DNA from: Candidatus Pelagibacter sp.
GTDB lineage: Bacteria > Pseudomonadota > Alphaproteobacteria > Pelagibacterales > Pelagibacteraceae
NCBI RefSeq assembly: GCF_052048095.1
Contig: NZ_JBNAKG010000001.1
Span: 193,300-257,299 of the forward strand
Length of the DNA: 64,000 bases
Reading direction: 5' to 3'
Shown here: piece by piece, positions 61,794-64,000 of the stretch
Position numbering within the stretch: position 1 is the first letter of the stretch
Layout: every line of letters begins with the position of its first letter
Program-made: the position numbers and the translations under genes
Notes under the pieces: model-generated
Told to the model about the DNA's origin: nothing
What the model saw: the letters and a program-made list of their open reading frames with translations, nothing else
Database searches by the model: none

Positions 61794-62495
61794 ATGCATA
61801 TTTTGTTAACACGACCCTTAGAAGATAGTTTGCCAATGATTAAAAGATTTAAAGATTTGGGTCATGACGTATCTCATTTACCTTTATTAAAAATTGAAAA
61901 AGCAAGTGTTAATAAAGAATATAATATTAAAGATTATAATGCTTTAATATTGACTAGCGCGAATGCCTTAAAATTTTTAAATATTGAAGAAATAGACAAA
62001 TCAAAAGTATGTTTTGCCGTTGGTCATGCAACTGAAAAAAGACTTCTTTCATTAGGTTTTCAAAATATTGTTACAGCAGAAGGAAGCGTTGATACTTTAA
62101 TGGAGATCATTCAGAACAACTTTGAAACTTCAGAGGGTAAAATTTTGTATTTAAGTGGAGAGATGGTTTCTTTTGAATTGGATAATGCACTTAAAAAAAG
62201 AGGATATAATATCGACAGAATTATAACTTATAGGGTCACACACAACGTATCTAATGATTTAAATTTTTTATCAGAATTAAAGAATAAAATACCTGACATG
62301 GTCTTTATTTATTCAGAAAATAGTGCAAAAAGTTTCTTAACTTTTATTAAATCATCCGGATTAGATGAATATTGGTTGAACACAAACCTCATGTGTATTG
62401 GTGAAAAAGCTTCTTCCGTGTTAAATGAAATTAAGTGGAAAAAAATTTTTATTTTTAATCCTGGAGAAGAAGAGTATTTGTTATATAAAATTTAA
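61794..62495 (+). CDS. hemD: Uroporphyrinogen-III synthase
   Basis: ILLTRP, LTSANA, AVGHAT; follows hemC. Confidence 0.88.
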   Translation: MHILLTRPLEDSLPMIKRFKDLGHDVSHLPLLKIEKASVNKEYNIKDYNALILTSANALKFLNIEEIDKSKVCFAVGHATEKRLLSLGFQNIVTAEGSVDTLMEIIQNNFETSEGKILYLSGEMVSFELDNALKKRGYNIDRIITYRVTHNVSNDLNFLSELKNKIPDMVFIYSENSAKSFLTFIKSSGLDEYWLNTNLMCIGEKASSVLNEIKWKKIFIFNPGEEEYLLYKI

Positions 62496-62497
62496 TT

Positions 62498-63583
62498 ATG
62501 GAATTGATTGATAATTTTTCTGATATTTTTTTATCTGTTTGGAACAAGGGAATTCTAGGTGTTGATATTTTTCAGATTTTAATTGGTGTAGGTATCTTTC
62601 TAATATTTTTAATTTTTAGAGGGATAATCAGTAAATTGATTATAAAAAAATTAGAACTTATTTCAAAAAGAACGACAAATAAATTAGATGACACGTTTGT
62701 AAAATCTATGGTAGGTCCAGCTAGATTTTTACCAATTGTTTTAGGATTTTTTATTGCAAGTTATTATATGACCTTTTCTTCTGAAGGCAGAGAAATAGTA
62801 GATACAATCAATAGAACATTAATTACAATATTAATTTTTTGGGTTATCCATCAAATTATTGAACCTATCTCATATATTTTAAGCGGGCTTGATCAAATAT
62901 TAACCCGTGAACTTATTGGTTGGATTATAAAGTCATTAAAAATTTTAATATTTATTTTAGGATTAGCAGCAGTTCTTGAGTTATGGGGTATTAAGATTGG
63001 ACCTATTATTGCTGGACTTGGATTGTTTGGTGTTGCAGTTGCTTTAGGAGCACAAGATTTATTTAAGAATTTAATCTCTGGTATTTTAGTTCTTGTTGAA
63101 AAGAGATTTAAAATTGGAGACTGGATCTCCGTTGATGGCGTTATTGAGGGCATAGTTGAAAAAATTGGTTTTAGATCAACAACAATTAGAAAATTCGATA
63201 AATCATTAGCTATAATTCCAAATTTTCAATTTGCTGAAAACGCAGTTGTTAATGTGAGTGAAACTTCTAATTGGCTGATCAGCTGGAATATTACTTTACA
63301 ATATGACACAACTGTTGAGCAGCTAAAAATAATAAGAGACGAAATTGAAAAATATATTATTAGCAGTGAAGACTTTGATGCAAAAGTAGGTGTTGCAGTT
63401 AGAGTTGACAAATTTTCAGATAGCTCAATTGATATGTATGTGCGTTGTTTCACAAAAGGAGACAGTTGGAATAATTGGCTTTCAGTGAAAGAAAGATTAG
63501 CTATAAAAATAAAAGAGATAGTTGAAGGAAATAAAGCCTCTTTTGCGTTCCCAAGCCAGTCAATTTATGTTGAAAAGAAATGA
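62498..63583 (+). CDS. Small-conductance mechanosensitive channel (MscS family)
   Basis: GLGLFGVAVALGAQD, FKIGDWI, GFRSTTIR, FAFPSQ. Confidence 0.92.
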   Translation: MELIDNFSDIFLSVWNKGILGVDIFQILIGVGIFLIFLIFRGIISKLIIKKLELISKRTTNKLDDTFVKSMVGPARFLPIVLGFFIASYYMTFSSEGREIVDTINRTLITILIFWVIHQIIEPISYILSGLDQILTRELIGWIIKSLKILIFILGLAAVLELWGIKIGPIIAGLGLFGVAVALGAQDLFKNLISGILVLVEKRFKIGDWISVDGVIEGIVEKIGFRSTTIRKFDKSLAIIPNFQFAENAVVNVSETSNWLISWNITLQYDTTVEQLKIIRDEIEKYIISSEDFDAKVGVAVRVDKFSDSSIDMYVRCFTKGDSWNNWLSVKERLAIKIKEIVEGNKASFAFPSQSIYVEKK

Positions 63584-63870
63584 TCGCAATTTTTTATTTA
63601 ATATTACAAATTTTGAAGCTTTACTCATATGTTGTAGTGGCAAATGTTGTGTTAAGTTGGTTGATTGCCTTTAACGTGCTTAATGCAAGTAATAGATTTG
63701 TTTACTCTATATTAGAATTGACTTACCGTTTAACTGATCCAATCTTGGTAAGAATAAGAAGATTTTTACCTAACCTGGGATCATTAGACATATCTCCAAT
63801 CATATTACTTTTGTTGATTTGGTTTATAGAAATGTGTATGAAGCTCTACATTGCACCATTAATATTTTAA
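63580..63870 (+). CDS. yggT: YggT-family membrane protein
   Basis: LSWLIAF, LTDPIL..IRRFLP, LDISPII. Confidence 0.9.
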   Translation: MIAIFYLILQILKLYSYVVVANVVLSWLIAFNVLNASNRFVYSILELTYRLTDPILVRIRRFLPNLGSLDISPIILLLLIWFIEMCMKLYIAPLIF

Positions 63871-63872
63871 TT

Positions 63873-64000
63873 ATGATTTTAATTGACGGAAAAAAAGCAG
63901 CAGCAGAATTAAGAGAAGAACTTAAGCAAGAAGTTACAGAATTAAAAAGTAAATATAATAAAGTTCCCGGATTAACAGTGATTTTAATTGGAGAACTTGC
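63873..64000 (+). CDS. folD: Bifunctional methylenetetrahydrofolate dehydrogenase/cyclohydrolase (3' end outside window)
   Basis: Hand translation MILIDGKKAAAELREELKQEV...VPGLTVILIGE; not in the ORF track. Confidence 0.85.
   Translation, partial: MILIDGKKAAAELREELKQEVTELKSKYNKVPGLTVILIGEL

Noticed and set aside
441-63453. The many short ORFs (60-160 aa) in the track that are antisense to, or in a shifted frame within, long genes
   Set aside because: They lie inside well-supported conserved genes, have no recognisable motifs, and are expected shadows of codon bias.
1-64000. CRISPR arrays, IS elements, prophage genes, rRNA, riboswitches
   Set aside because: No repeat-spacer periodicity, transposase, phage structural gene or rRNA-like segment seen. 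The few gaps over 100 bp show no recognisable riboswitch fold; a covariance-model scan would be needed to exclude one fully.

Overview
AT-rich, gene-dense alphaproteobacterial chromosome segment. Protein sequences, tiny intergenic gaps and low GC point to SAR11 / Ca. Pelagibacter (inferred from sequence style, not from a database search). The window spans the probable replication origin: an AT-rich gap (32265-32525) between hemE and the DUF299 kinase gene, a parS site inside rsmG, and the conserved hemEHJ-rho-mnmEG-rsmG-parAB-holA-lptE-leuS block. The rest is mostly core genes: grpE-dnaKJ, hslUV, the his operon, ftsK-lolA, purH, rpe, tsaD, hemCD, a porin, tRNA-Gly(GCC) and an acetate uptake/activation cluster. 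No prophage, IS element or CRISPR array is visible. Three things stand out. (1) Five solitary modifying enzymes sit one at a time among core genes: a TPR-sulfotransferase, a second sulfotransferase, a SPINDLY/OGT-like GT41 glycosyltransferase and two 2OG-Fe(II) oxygenases. They may form a dispersed protein or surface modification system. (2) Acetyl-CoA synthetase carries a 66-residue histone-H1-like polybasic N-terminal tail. (3) Several compact cis-elements recur: heat-shock-like promoters that imply near-leaderless mRNAs, a 5'UTR motif shared by two transport genes, and head-to-head overlapping start codons.
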